Made by a program: the position numbers and the translations under genes. The notes below the pieces were generated by a model. That model was given only the letters and a program-made list of their open reading frames with translations, ran no database searches and was not told where the DNA came from. DNA of 64,000 bases from Vicugna vicugna (lineage: Eukaryota): positions 261,195 to 325,194 of the forward strand of contig MU057936.1 of assembly GCA_013265495.1 (NCBI GenBank). The letters are read 5' to 3'. How positions within the stretch are numbered: position 1 is the first letter of the stretch; each line of letters starts with the position of its first letter. Below are positions 24,430 to 37,941 of this stretch, in pieces.

Positions 24430-25000
24430 TTCCTATTCTTTCTCATTATAGGTTACTACAGGATATCACACACAGTTCTCTGTGCTGGACAGTAGAAACG
24501 TCTTGTTTAGCCATTTTATATATAGTAGTTAGTATCTGCAAATCTTGAACTCCCGATTTATCCCTTCCCACGTTTGTTTCGGCTTTGTAAATAAGTTCGT
24601 CTGTCTCTATATTCCACATATAAGTGATAACATATGGTATTTTTCTTCTGGCTTACTTCACTTAGAATGACAATCTCCAGGTCCCTCCATGTTGTTGCAA
24701 ATGGCATTATTTCACAATTTTTATGGCTGAGTAATATTCCATTGTATAAATATACCACAGGTGCTTTATCCAGTCATCTGTCAATGGACATTTGTAAATA
24801 GTGCTGCTATGAACATTGGGGTGCATGTATCTTTTTTGAATTAACGTTCCCTCTGGATATATGCCCAGGAGTAGGACTGCTGGATTCTATGGTAAGTCTC
24901 TCTTTAGTTTTGAGGAATCTCCATACTGTTTTCCATAACAGCTACACTAAATTGCATTCCCACCAACAGTGTAGGAGAGGTCCCTTTTCTCCACACCCCA
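24430..25000 (-). mobile_element. L1 3' fragment
   Basis: ORF2 C-terminal peptide [22 protein letters not shown] and L1 3' UTR. Confidence 0.85.
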
Positions 25001-25009
25001 TAAGATTAC

Positions 25010-25875
25010 CTGTCAAGGATAAATACAAATATCAGTAAAAAGCTTTAGCTGTTGGAGCAGGTAATGGTGATTTGGTCAATCTGCCAGTGACACAATTGTG
25101 ATTCAACTGTTACTTATACTCTAATGGATTTTGTATTACTGTACCTGATTCATGGCTAAAATATTGAAATGGAAGCTTTAGGGTGCCTATGGATGCATGC
25201 TATGTATATGTGACATTTTTTTCTGCCTCCCAATGGTATGGTTAATTTGTTTATCAAAGCTCTATTTAATTGACTTACAGAATATGGGCTTATCAAATTA
25301 AATATTTCTAAACTCTAAGTTCACATGATCTAGGAAATTAAACTAGCTTTTTAATTTAATGAACTATTGATTTAATTAAGATAGGCATGTCCTCAGTTAT
25401 CAGCATTCAATATAATGCAGACATGCAACTTTTATTCTCCCTGAGTTTGCTAGTCAAATAAGCTCACGTTAGCTCTCTTACAAAATTTGTAACTATGGCT
25501 AGCTTTTTTAACTTCTCATGACGTTTTCCTGAGTAACTTGAGTATGATTGTTAAGAACAATTAAATAGACATAAGGGGGATAAAAACTTCTAAGAAGTAA
25601 GTGAACTTTTCAACAATAGTCTACTTAAAAAGCTACTCAAATGTTTTTGGTATTTGAGGGGAATTCAATGCATTTCTATACCACTTCCGAGTAAGGTAAA
25701 ATACCAAAAGATTAATTACCGAACATAGGGTTACACAGCTTTGGTTTCTTACTGCAGCAAAACTAGAGGTATCTGTCAGCAAGTATGTGCCATGTTAAAA
25801 AAAAATGCACTATATGCATTTGTGTTTCTAGAAATTATGAAATGTATTCACAAATTGCTTCTTAGTTTTTACGAG
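25010..25875 (+). mobile_element. Probable old ERV1 internal fragment
   Basis: AT-rich sequence resembling MER4/MER34-group internal regions. Recognition only. Confidence 0.35.
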
Positions 25876-25890
25876 AAGTTAAGGCTTCTA

Positions 25891-27109
25891 CAAATGGTGT
25901 TGGGAAAACTGGACAGCAGCATGTAAATCAGTGAAGCTAGAACACTCCCTTACACCATACATAAACATAAGCCAAGATCCAGTAAACCTCCTAGAAGAAG
26001 ATATAGGCAAAACATCCTCTCACATACACCTCAAAAATGTTCTCCTAGGGCAGTCTACCCAAGGACTAGAAATAAAAGCAAGAATAAAACAAATGAGACC
26101 TAATTAAACTTACACACTTCTGCACAGCAAAGGAAACCATAACCTACAGAATGGGAGAAAATTTCTGCAAATGAAACCGACAAAGGCTTGATCTCCAGAC
26201 TATGTAAGGAGCTCGTACGGCTTAATAAGAAAAAAACAAACAACCCAATCCAAAAATGGGCATTTTTTCTTATTAAGCCGTACGAGCTCCTTACAAACAA
26301 CCCAATCCAAAAATGGGCAGAAGACCTAAACAAGCAATTCTCCAGTGAAGACATATGAATGACTAACAGGCACAAGAAAAAATGCTCACTATCACTATCA
26401 GAGAAAGGCAAATGAAAACTCCAATGAGGTATCAGTCACAATGACCTGCATTCAAATGACAAAGGGAGCCCTCCTACACTGCTGGTGGGAATCCTCAAAA
26501 GACTAGGAATAGACTTACCATATGACCCAGGCATCCCACTCCTGGGCATATATCCAGAAGGAACCCTACTTCAAAAAGACACCTGCACCCCAATGTTCAT
26601 AGCAGCACTATTTACGAAACAGCCTAAATGTCCATCAACAGGTGACTGGATAAAGAAGTGGTGGTCTATTTATACAATGGAATACTATTCAGCCATAAAA
26701 AGAATAAAACATGCCTTTTGCAGCAACATGGATGCTCCTGGAGAATGTCCTTCTAAGTGAAGCCAGCCAAAAAGAGGAAGAAAAATACCATATGAGATCA
26801 CTCATATGTGGAATCTAAAGTAAATAAAAATACAAAACAGACACAGACTCATAGACATAGAACACAAACTTGTGACTGCCAGGCAGGGTGGGTGGGAGGA
26901 GACAGACAGGGAGTTCAAAATTTGTAGATACTGACAGGCATATGCAGAATAGATAAACAAGATTATACTGTAATATACAAGATCTTGTGGTAGCTCACAG
27001 TGAAAAAGAAATGTGACAATGAGTATATGCATGTTCATATATAACTGAAAAATTGTGCTCTACACTGGAATTTGACACAACATTGTAAAATGACTATGAC
27101 TCAATAAAA
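25891..27109 (+). mobile_element. 5'-truncated L1 with multiple internal deletions and a fold-back; 15-bp TSD
   Basis: TSD AAGTTAAGGCTTCTA at 25876-25890 and 27110-27124. Aligns to the window's L1 copies at 9300-9770 and 34449-35314 with gaps. Confidence 0.9.
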
Positions 27110-27175
27110 AAGTTAAGGCTTCTAAGGAAAGTTGGAGATGCCTTGACTAAGGAAAAGTATGGAGATGAATCTTGT

Positions 27176-27390
27176 GGGGAGGGTATAGGTCAGTGGTAGA
27201 AAGCAGAAGGTCCTGGGTTCCTGGTAACCTCGGGACAACAAGTATGTTAAGAAGACTAAAAACAGGAGAGCAGCCTCCTCTCCCATATTGGGTGTGATGG
27301 ATGGAATCAGTCCCTCTTCTCCCTTCTCTGAATTGAACCTAGGACCCCCTGCATGCTAGGCCTACACTCTACCCCTGACCTATAGCCTCT
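27176..27390. mobile_element. Two degenerate Vic-1-type SINE heads in opposite orientation
   Basis: GGGGAGGGTATAGGTCAGTGGTAGA...GGTCCTGGGTTC on + at 27176, and its reverse-complement relative at ~27330-27390. Confidence 0.55.
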
Positions 27391-28559
27391 CTCTACCTAC
27401 CTTAATTTCCCCAAACGCACCTCTGTCCTTCTCCTTCCCCACCCGCGAATCAACAGAGAACCACACAAAGAAACCCCCCGAGGTCCATCAGCGGATTAAT
27501 TACCTCCTTGTCACCTCACAGGATTGCTGCTAACCACTACACAGATTTCTGGACAGCACCCAGAACCTGTTCTATATGTGAAACCTCACATACAACACCG
27601 CTAATTTAAAAAAAAGGGGGGTGGGGAAGGAAGATGTAATTTCGCAGGAGGCTAAAGAATGCCTTGTCCCTGTAGTCATCTTACACCTGTGAGATTAACC
27701 CCAAGAAACAAACCCCACAAAAGGCTGTAACAGTACTTTCTTATCAAGAAGCCTGGGTGATAGACAATGCTAGGGTTGATGACTTCAGCCACAGTCTACA
27801 TCGCTGTCCTGCAGTCCTCTCAGCCTTTCCTCATGGGTAAAAGGTGGTGCTGTCTCGGGCATCACATCCTCATACAAACATGCCAATAAGGATCAATAAA
27901 ATGGGAGCAAAATGCTTTCTTTTCACAGAATTGTCTCCTCTTATCAGGGAAGCAAACTTCCCAGGCAGACAGCTATGTCTCAGGCCAGAAGTCAGTACCG
28001 TGCCCGTCCTTCGCAGCAGGAGAGGCAGATACAGCAAGTAAGGAGAACGTAATTGCCCTGATTCACCGATGTAGACTAATTACAAATTGTCACCAGTGCC
28101 TGGGGACACTGTCGTTCCCCCCAAATTGGTGTTGCCTTAGCAAGGAAGGAGGAGTGAATTGGCTGCAGGATAAGCAGCCTACCGCCATACCTCACTTGGC
28201 GTGGACATGCTGTAGTACATCGTTATCCTCCTAGAGTAAATGTATACAGTGCTTTCCCTTCTGCCAGAGAGTGGCTGTGGCAGGGATATTGATGATTCAA
28301 CTGTCATGTGCATATGCTGGAGGTAGAAACTACAAAACGGGGTTTTGCAAACATTTTCTATTCAGAATAACATAATGTATTAGACTTTGTGGGACATAAA
28401 GTCTTTGTCTTATCCACTGTGTAAACAGCTTTTGGCAGGAAAGAGTTCTCTGCAGGAGGCCCCTTTTGTCAATGTAGCAAAGCTGTATTTTAACTTACCT
28501 CTGGTGCAATCACACCTTTCAAATCTTTTGATCACACAGAGCTTTGCCTAACCTGTTGT

Positions 28560-28937
28560 TTCCATCCTTAGCTCAAAGAAGAAATAATAAGTGCTTAACA
28601 GATGACCAGATCCCTTCCCTACGTGTCCCCTTCAGTAATCTTGACAACAAACCAAACCGTGTGAACAAGATAGCATCGAAAGAAAGATCACAAGGAGTTG
28701 ACAAATCTGTACACGATGGGAGATGGTTGCAAATCTGACACCCTATCTCAATGATTATTAACAGAGATTACTTCCCCTTTTTTACCTTTAAAAACTTTCA
28801 TGGTGGAGGAGCATCTTCAGACACAAGTCTGCCTTCTCCTGAGATTGCTAACTGTCTGATTAAAGCAACTTTTCTCTTTCTACTGATACCAGTCTCTCAT
28901 ACTGACTTTTGAGCAGCGGGACCTGAGTTCAGTAACA
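28560..28937 (+). mobile_element. Old ERV1 LTR 3' portion (MER34/MER21-like)
   Basis: ATTAAA at 28859-28864 and terminal ...GAGTTCAGTAACA. Left boundary uncertain. Confidence 0.5.
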
Positions 28938-30189
28938 TTTGTGGCAGCACAACATGAACCCGGCAACAAGGAATTATGCAAGCAAACGGTCATCCATTTG
29001 TTCCAATGAACTGTTTTTTAAACAAAAGTAGATGGTAGGCTAGATTTGGCTTGTAGGCCATGCTTTTCAACCCGTGTTTGTGATAAAACATATGGGTTGC
29101 CAACCCATTTATAAAACAATGCTTCAAAGTTAGTGTGTATGTGCGTGGGCACATACGCAACATCAATGGAAATGAGAGGTTTCTAAGCCTTCTTTAATAT
29201 TTGCCAATTCAATAACTGTCAAAGTTATGGTAAGTTTTCAGTGTGTTTGGTCCAGTATATGCATAAGGATCTACCTGGATGAGTTATTTAAATCCTAGCA
29301 TCAGTATCATTCTGCAGCATCCCAGATTATCCCAAGGTATAGCCATCACTGAGAACTAGGATGCTAAAACAGTGCTTCAAACACTTCGTTATTAAACTGT
29401 AGGTTCTGATTCGGTAAGTCTGGGGCAGCACTTCGAGCTTCTCACAATGCTACTGGCCCACAGACCACACTGCGTAGCAAAGCATCTGTGCTGGCTTAAC
29501 TGCCTGGGATACCTAGGTCCTTCCTCCCCTCAGGGACTGATGTAATCGGTCTGGGACATACCCTGGAGGTAACAAGCAACAAAGCTTGAGAACCCCCATG
29601 GCAAGGTGTGTCGTGATTTATCAGTTTTAGCTGTTACTTCATTAGTCGCTCTAAGGTGATCCTGTCTGTCTACTCCTCACTGCCATTTGTACCCACCCAT
29701 TCCTCTCCTTTTCAGATCCCAACGTCCAGATGATGGTGGGGATAAGGATTAGTACTTAATCCTTTTGCTCTTTTCTGTCTCTGAGAAGTGGGAGGTACTT
29801 CAGGATGGAAAGAAAAGACTTGGGCAACTTGGAACTTGGGAAGAATAACCAAAGAGTGTCTGAGGAGGTGATTTAAAGGGGAAGCTGAGTGACAAAATGG
29901 CAAGGATTACCAGGGACAGTTATCACAGCAAAATCTGCCTCTAGTCTTGGGCGCAAGCTTGGGGCAGTGAAAACACCAATCTAATCTACCCCCTCCAAAA
30001 GCCTGGTAGCACCTGACAACTAAGAGCTACAGAGAATTTTCCCTTGTAAACATGCAATGTGACAGAGTTGGTCAGAATGCGAGAGAACCACCAGTGGCAA
30101 AGTAGAAACAGGAAATCTCCCCCCCAGAGCATAAGCAACATTAAAGTACTTAGATGCGAGTGGATGACGATGACACATGATGACTAACA

Positions 30190-30390
30190 CAGTGTACTTA
30201 CTGTACACGAGACGTTGTTCAAAATGATTTACATATAACTCAGTTCACAGCAAAAACCCAGTGGGACTGACTTTTATTATCCCTATTTTACATGTCAGGA
30301 AACTGAGGCACAGAGAAGCTAAATAACTTACCTTGGGTGAACTTGGTCAAGGTAAGCGGATAAACTGGGATTTAAAGACAGGCAATCTGA
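30190..30390 (+). mobile_element. MIR SINE
   Basis: ATCCCTATTTTACATGTCAGGAAACTGAGGCACAGAGAAGCTAAATAACTT. Confidence 0.65.
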
Positions 30391-31299
30391 GGTTAAGAAA
30401 TCAGTAAAACAAACTGGTTCTCCAGAACAGGAACATAAACACCCTCAGTCAGTTTTCAGTGATACACAAAACTAGGTGATCTCCCTGAGCTTCCTCATCT
30501 CTAGAGAAGAACAGTTAATTGACATTTAAATAGGTAACAACATCTGAGTGCATGTCAGGAAGAGGAGAGGTCCTCAAAGCATGCAGAGAAACAAATACAG
30601 TAAGAAGACCAATTTCACTAAGAAGAAATAAAGGACAATAGCATTTTCTGGAAACTGAACTCAAAGGGCCATAATCTTCATTTTTATAAAACACGGTTAC
30701 AGTGCAGTGATGAAATGTGATGAAATGTGGACGGTAATTACTATGCAGCTAAACTTAGTCACATTTTTACTAAATGTTCAAAGCAAACACACACACATAA
30801 AGAGACACACAACCCACGTAACCTTGAATACTGCATACAAAGAAATGTAACTTTTATCTCTGTAACCCACAGGCAGCTCAGAAGAAACAATGTTGAGAAT
30901 TTTTTTTCCATACATGGACAACCTTAGAGTTCACATGGGTACAGATTTCAGCTGGTCAAATACATTGGATTGAGTGAGAGACAGAGGTTTTAAAAGTGAA
31001 CAGAAAAAAAAAACATAGAAAAGCAGATCATTTCCTTAGGGAATCTTCTTTTAACTGGGAAATAATTTCCTTCTACACATAGCCAATAAAACAAGGTAAA
31101 ATGCTAATTCTTTCACAACCTGAAGAAACCAGAAAACACACTTAGGTCAGAACAGGCTGATGTGGGGCCACTGGGTGTGGACACAGCTGGTCCCAGTGTG
31201 GAATGAGGTAATGGTCCAGGTGGGGCCAGCAGCCCTCTGGGTATTCTGACTCCTCATCCCACCCTCCACTGGGAGCTGCCCTGGGTGTGGAACTGGCTG

Positions 31300-32260
31300 T
31301 GCCATACTCTCTCCCTACTCTCTTTCCAGTGACCTCATCCAGTCCCATGACCTCAACGTCATCTATGGCTGATGCCTCCTATATGTATCATACGTTTATT
31401 TCAAAACCAGACCTCCTCCTGAGCTCCAGATTATTTTTCTGGCTACCTGCATGACATTTTCACTTGGATGTCTAATAGGCATCTCAGATTTTTTTTTTCA
31501 GATGATGCCTTCTCTACCCTTCCACATCCAGTGTGTCCCCAGCAAAAGAAGGTTTAATAAACAGCATCACCATCAACCCAGGTGCTCAAGTCCAAATCTC
31601 TGAATCTAGATTATCTTCCACATTTCTCATTCCTCACTTCTAGATCAATGAGCAAATCCTGTCAACTTTTCCAAAATCCCTGTGAAATCTGTCTACATCT
31701 CATTTTCTTAGCCCCCACTGTCATTTAAACTACCATGGTCTTTCACCTGCACCACTGCAATGCCTCTTACCTGGTCCTCTCGCTTCAGCTCTTCCCCAAA
31801 CCCTACATTCTTCAAAACAGCCAGAGTCATTTGCCTACTTAAACCCCTTACAGCCTTCCCACTGCACTTGGAACATAATTTGGACTACTCTAATAATGCT
31901 CACAAGACCCTACATCTCCATCTTGGCTTGTACAACTCTACCTGAACTCATTATGGTCCAGTGACGTGCATCTCCTCCTTTTTGTTACTCGAACATCTAA
32001 AATGCTTTCAACTGCCTATTATATGCTGACTCTCACTTACTCTTTGTCTTTCAATCAAACATCAACCCACACAAGTATCCCTGATCACCTTATTCAAAAT
32101 AATAATAATGTCTCCTCAAGCAATACCTACTCTCCATCACAGTAAACTGAATATTTCTCTATGGTTTTAATCCCAATTTAAACTACTTTTGTATTTATTT
32201 ACTTATTGAATTTTAGATTGCTAAGCATAATAAATAAGAGTATCTATTTTTACTTTTCAT
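31300..32260. mobile_element. LINE-2 fragment
   Basis: C/T-rich L2 hallmarks (TGACCTCATCCAGTCCCATG, CTCCTGAGCTCCAGA, CACTTGGATGTCTAATAGGCATCTCA). Confidence 0.7.
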
Positions 32261-32296
32261 TTATTCAACAAATACGTATAAAGGATCTGTTACAGA

Positions 32297-32490
32297 TTTT
32301 TTTTATTGTAAAAAAAAATTCTAACATGAGACCTACTTCAATAAAAATTTAAGTGTACAATACAGTATTGTTAACTATAATCACAATATTGTTTAGCAAG
32401 ATCTCTAGAACTTTTTCATCTTGCTTAAGTGAAACTATATACACGCTGAACAGCAAATCCCCAGTTCCCCCTGCCTCCAAGCCCCTGGAA
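32297..32490 (-). mobile_element. Old L1 (L1MA-type) extreme 3' end
   Basis: TTTTTATTG...AAGTGTACAATACAGTATTGTTAACTATA...AGATCTCTAGAAC. Confidence 0.65.
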
Positions 32491-32494
32491 ATTA

Positions 32495-35400
32495 AATGGT
32501 GATAGTAAGTCTTTATCTACCAATAATTGCTTTAAATATAATGATTACATTCTCCAATCAGAAGACAGAATGGCTGAATGGATTAAAAAAAAAGACCCAA
32601 TGATAAGCTGCCTACAAGAAGAAACCTACAAGTAGCTTTAAGGACGTACATGTATAGGGAGTGAAAGGCTGAAAAAAGTTATTTCTAGCAAATGGTAACC
32701 CAAAGAAAGCAGACTTATATCACACAAAATAGACTTGAGGCTACATATAGTCCAAAGACACAAAGAAAGTCATCATATAATTATAAAAGGGTCAATCCAT
32801 CAAGGAGGTAATTATTGGGTAAGTATTTAGGCACCCAACACAGAATGCCTAAATATATAAAGCAAATACTTACAGAACTAAAATGAGAAATAAACAGCAT
32901 TACAATAATAATTGAGGCCTTTAATATTCCACTCTCAACAATGGATAGATCATCCAGACAGAAAATCAACAAGAAACTGTTGGACTTGAACTATACTTTA
33001 GACCAAAAGAGCTGAATAGATATAAACAGAACATTCCATCCAATAGCAGAATATATCTTCTTCTCAAGCACACAAAAAACATTCTCCAGGATCAATCATG
33101 TGATAGGTCACAGAACACATCTTAGCAAATTTAAAAAGACTGAAATCACACCAAGTAGCTTTGCTGAGTACAATGGTATGAAACTATAGGTCAATCATAA
33201 GAGGAAAGCTGGAAAAAATTCACAAATATGTAGAAATTAAAAGACACTCCTGAACAATCAATAGGTCAAAGAAGAATTCAAAAGGTATATGGAATATCTT
33301 GAGACAAACAAAAAAAGAAACACAGCATATGAAAACAAATGGAATGCACAAAAAACAGTTCTAGGACGGAAATGTACAGTGATAAATGCATACATAAAGG
33401 AAGAAGATCTCAAACAACCTAACCTTATACCTCATGGAGCTAGAAAAAGAAAAACATTAAGCTCAAAGTTAGCAGATGGAAGGAAATAACAAAGGTCATT
33501 GCAGAAACAAATAAAATACAAAGCAGGAAACAATAAAAAACATTAATGAAACTAAGACTTGGTTTTTTAAAAAGATAAACAAAACTGACAACCCTTGGCT
33601 AAACTAAGGAAAAAGAGGAAAGATTCAAATCAAATCAGAAATGAAAGAGGAGACATTACAACTGATACCAGAGAAATACAGAGGATCATTAAGAGAGCCT
33701 CTGAACAACTATACACCAACAAACTGGAGTCCTGAAGAAATGAATAAATTCCGAGAAACATGCAACCTACCAAGGCTGACTCAAGAAGAAACAAAATATG
33801 AATAGAATAAAAACAGTAAGGTGATTGAATCACTAATGGAAAAGCTCCTCAAAAGAAAAGCCAGGACCACATAGATAGTTTCCCTGGTGAATTCCATCAA
33901 ACATTTAAAAAGAATTAACACCAATCCTTCTCAAATGCCTCCAAAAACCTGAAGAGAAGGAAAGACTCCATAATTGTCTCACAAAGCTAACAGCACCCTG
34001 CTACCAAAGCCAGATAAGCACACTACAAGAAAACAAACCACGGTTCAATATTCCTGATCAATATAGATGCAAATATTCTCAACATGATACTTGCAACCTG
34101 AGTTGAGCAGCACATTAAAAATATCATAGCCTATGATCATGTAGGATTTTCACTGGGATGGAAGGATACTTTAACATATGCAAATCAAAAACTTATCTAT
34201 TACACTTACAGAATGGAAGAGAAAAATCATATAATCATCTCAATAAATGAAAAAAGATTTGATAAAATAAAACATCCTTTGCATGATAAAAATTCTCAAC
34301 AAATTGGGTGTAGAGTGAAGACACTACCACATAATAAAGGCTATACAAAACAAGTCCACAGCTCACATCACTCACGAGGATGAAAAGCTGAAATGTTTTC
34401 CTCTGAGACCAGGAACAAGACAAGAATCCCACTCTCATCAAAAGGCACATGAAAAAATGCTCAATATCACTAATTATCAGGGAAATGCAAATCAAAACTA
34501 CAATGAGGTATCACCTCACACCAGTCAGAATGGCCATCATTCAAAAATCTACAAATGACAAATGCTGGGGAGGCTGTGGAGAAAGGGGAACCCTCCTACA
34601 CTGCTGGTGGGAATGCAGTTTGGTGCAGCCACTATGGAAAACAGTGTGGAGATTCCTCAAAAGACTAGGAATAGACTTACCATATGACCCAGGAATCCCA
34701 CTCCTGGGCTTGTATCCAGAAGGAAATCTACTTCAGGATGACACCTGCACCCCAATGTTCATAGCAGCACTATTTACAATAGCCAAAACATGGAAACAGC
34801 CTAAATGTCCATCAACAGGTGACTGGATAAAGAAGAGGTGGTATATTTATACAATGGAATACTACTCAGCCATAAAAACCGACAACATAATGCCATTTGC
34901 AGCAACATGGATGCTCCTGGAGAATGTCATTCTAAGTGAAGTAAGCCAGAAAGAGAAAGAAAAATACCATGAGATCGCTCATATGTGGAATCTAAAAAAC
35001 AAAAACAACAAACAAAAACAAAGCATAAATACAGGACAGAAATAGACTCACAAACAGAGAATACAGACTTGTCTTTACCAGGGGGGTGGAGGGTGGGAAG
35101 GGATAGACTGGGATTTCAAAATTGTAGAATAGATAAACAAGATTACACTGTATAGCACAGGGAAATACACACAAAATGTTATGATAGCTCACAGAGAAAA
35201 AAATGTGAGAATGAGTGTGTATATGTCCATGAATGACTGAAAAATTGCACTGAACACTGGAATTTGACACATTGTAAAATGATTATAAATCAATAAAAAT
35301 GTTAAAAAAAAAAAAAGAATCCCACTCTCACCACTTCTACTCAACATAGTATTGGAAGTCCCAACCAGAGCAATCAGGCAAGAAATTAAAGGTCTCCATA

Positions 35401-37390
35401 TTGGAAAGGAAGAAGTCAAACTGTGTTTGCAGGTTATATGATTTTATAATATAGAAAGTCCTAAAGACTCCATCAAAAGACTGTTAGAACTAGTCAAGAA
35501 ATTCAGAAAAGTTGCAGGACATCTGAAAAGGAAAGAGAACAATCTTGTTCAAAATAACATCAAAAAGCAATAAAATAATGAAGACTAAATTGAACCAAGG
35601 AGGTGAAAGATCTGTATACTGAAAATTTTAAGACTGATGGAAAAAAATGGAAGACCCAATAAAATGAAAGATATAATGTGTTCACTGATCAGAAGAACTG
35701 ATATGGTTAAGATGTCCACACTACCCAAAGCCATCTATAGATTCAGTGCAACTACTATCAAAATTCCAATGGCATTTTTTTAAACAAAAATAGAAAAACC
35801 TGAAATTCCTATGGAGGCACAAAAGACTTCAAATAGCCAGAGCAATCCTGAGAAATAAGAACAAAGCTGGAGGCATCATACTTCCTGATTTTGAACTATA
35901 ATAAAAAGCTATAGTAATCAAAACAGTATGGTACTGGCAGAAGAAAACAGACATAGTCCAATGGAACATCATCAAGAGCTCAGAAATAAACCCATGAATA
36001 TATGACCAACTAATATTTGACAAGGGAGCCAACACTATTCAATGAAGAAAGGATAGTCTCTCTGTTAAACAGTTTTGGAAAGACTGGATAACCACATACA
36101 AAAGAATGAAACTGGGACTCCTATCTGACACCCCTCAAAAATTAACTCAAAAAGGATTAAAGGCTTAAATATAAGATCTGAAGCCACAAAACTGCTAGAA
36201 GGTAGCACAGGGAAAAATCTCTTTGACATTGGTCCTGGCAACAATTTTGTGGGTATGACATCAAAAGCACAAGCAACAAAAGCAAAAATAAATAAGTGGG
36301 ACTACATCAAACTAAAAAACTTCTGTACAGCAAAGGAAACAATCAGCAAAACAGGGAGATCATGTATGTGATAAGGGGTCAATATTCTAAACATATAAAG
36401 AACTCACACAACTCAACAGCAAAAAAAAATTAATCTAATTTAAGAACGGTCAGAAACTGAATAGACATTTTTCCAAAGAAGACATACCAGTGACCAACAG
36501 GTATACAAAAAAGTGCTCAACACCACTAATTAACCAGGAAATGCAAATTGAAACCACAATGAGATGTAGCTCACATCTATTACAATGGCTATCATGAAAA
36601 AGAAAAAAGATAACAAGTGTTGGTGAGGATATGGAGAAAAGGGAACCCTTGTGTACTCTTGGTGAGACTGAAAACTGATACAGCCAGTATAAGAACCAGT
36701 CTGGACATTCCTTAAAAAATTAAAAGTAGAACTACCATATGATCCAGCAATCCCTCCTCTCTGGTATTTATTCAAAAGAAATGAAAACAGGATTTCAGAG
36801 ATACATCTGCATCTCCATGGTCAATGCAGCAGTATTCATAATAGCCCACATATGGAAATAACCTAAGTGTATATCAATGGATCAACAGATAAAGAAGCTG
36901 TGGTGTGCACACACACACACACACACACTCCACATACAATGGAATATTATTCAGCCATGAGAAAGAAGAAAATACTTCCACTTGTAACAACTTGGATGAA
37001 CTTTGAGGGTATAATGCTAAGTAAAATAAGTCAGGCAAATACTGTATTCTATCATTTACATGTGGAATCTAAAAAAGCGAAACTCATAGAAACAGTAGAA
37101 TGGTGGTTACCAGAGGCTGGGAGGTGGGGGAAAGGGGGAGATGTTGATCAAAAGGTACAAATTTTATGACTTTAATGTACAGCATGGTCATTACAGTTAA
37201 TAATATTGTATTATATACTTGATTGTTGCTAAGATTGTAAATATTAAATATCTCCTCATCACCAAAAAGAAATGGTAGTTATGTGAGGTGATGGAGGTTT
37301 CAGCTAAGGCTTTGGTGGTAATCACTTCACAACATATGTGTATTAAATCAACACACTGTACATATGAATATTACACAATGTTATAGTCCA
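32495..37390 (+). mobile_element. Old L1, ORF2 start through 3' UTR, degenerate; interrupted by a young L1
   Basis: A-rich + strand with broken EN/RT/C-terminal peptides (MEYYSAMRKKKILPLVTTWMNFEGIMLSKISQ). Confidence 0.9.
34438..35314 (+). mobile_element. Young 5'-truncated L1 with poly(A) and 16-bp TSD
   Basis: TSD AAGAATCCCACTCTCA at 34422-34437 and 35315-35330. Uninterrupted ORF2 C-terminal frame at 34449-35045. Confidence 0.95.
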
Positions 37391-37799
37391 CAAAAGTATA
37401 CCAAAACAAATCAACATTGACCAAATAAGTTTTATTAATTCTATACAGAAAGATTAATCTAATTTATAGCATCAATATATTAAAAGAGAAACTATATAAC
37501 AGTATTTGGACTGCAGTTAGTATTTTAAAAAATAATTTCTGGATTATTATGTCCCCTTTTACACAACCCCATTTTCTCCTTCAGAAATTTCTATTGGTGG
37601 CAATTAGTTCTTGCACAGGGTCCTTCTATGACTCATTATTTCTCTGAGATTCAATCCTCTATATTCTCATTATCAAAAATTTGATGCTAAGCAACTATGT
37701 TAAATTTTCAACTTTTAAACTGAGTAGGGTATTCTTTTCATATCAGATTATTAGTAGAAACTGTACCCCCCAAAAGCCCATAAACAAAGGTTTCATAAT

Positions 37800-37941
37800 A
37801 GCACACACGCCTGGCGCTGGTAACCATGTGAAGTCATACCTGTGTCTATGGAGAGGCCAGCCTAAGGCACAGTCCCCAGGACCACCACCAAGGGTGAGCC
37901 TGCTAAACAGGTATACTCCACTATGCCAGTTTCCAGGGCTC
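37800..37941 (-). pseudogene. Ferritin heavy-chain-like remnant 1 (more decayed C-terminus + 3' UTR)
   Basis: With one frameshift reads ALETGIVEYLFSRLTLG. Shares AGGGTGAGC and CAGCCTAAGGC with remnant 2. Confidence 0.65.

Noticed and set aside
34449..35045. 198-aa ORF as a host gene
   Set aside because: It is the C-terminal part of L1 ORF2 in a 5'-truncated insertion.
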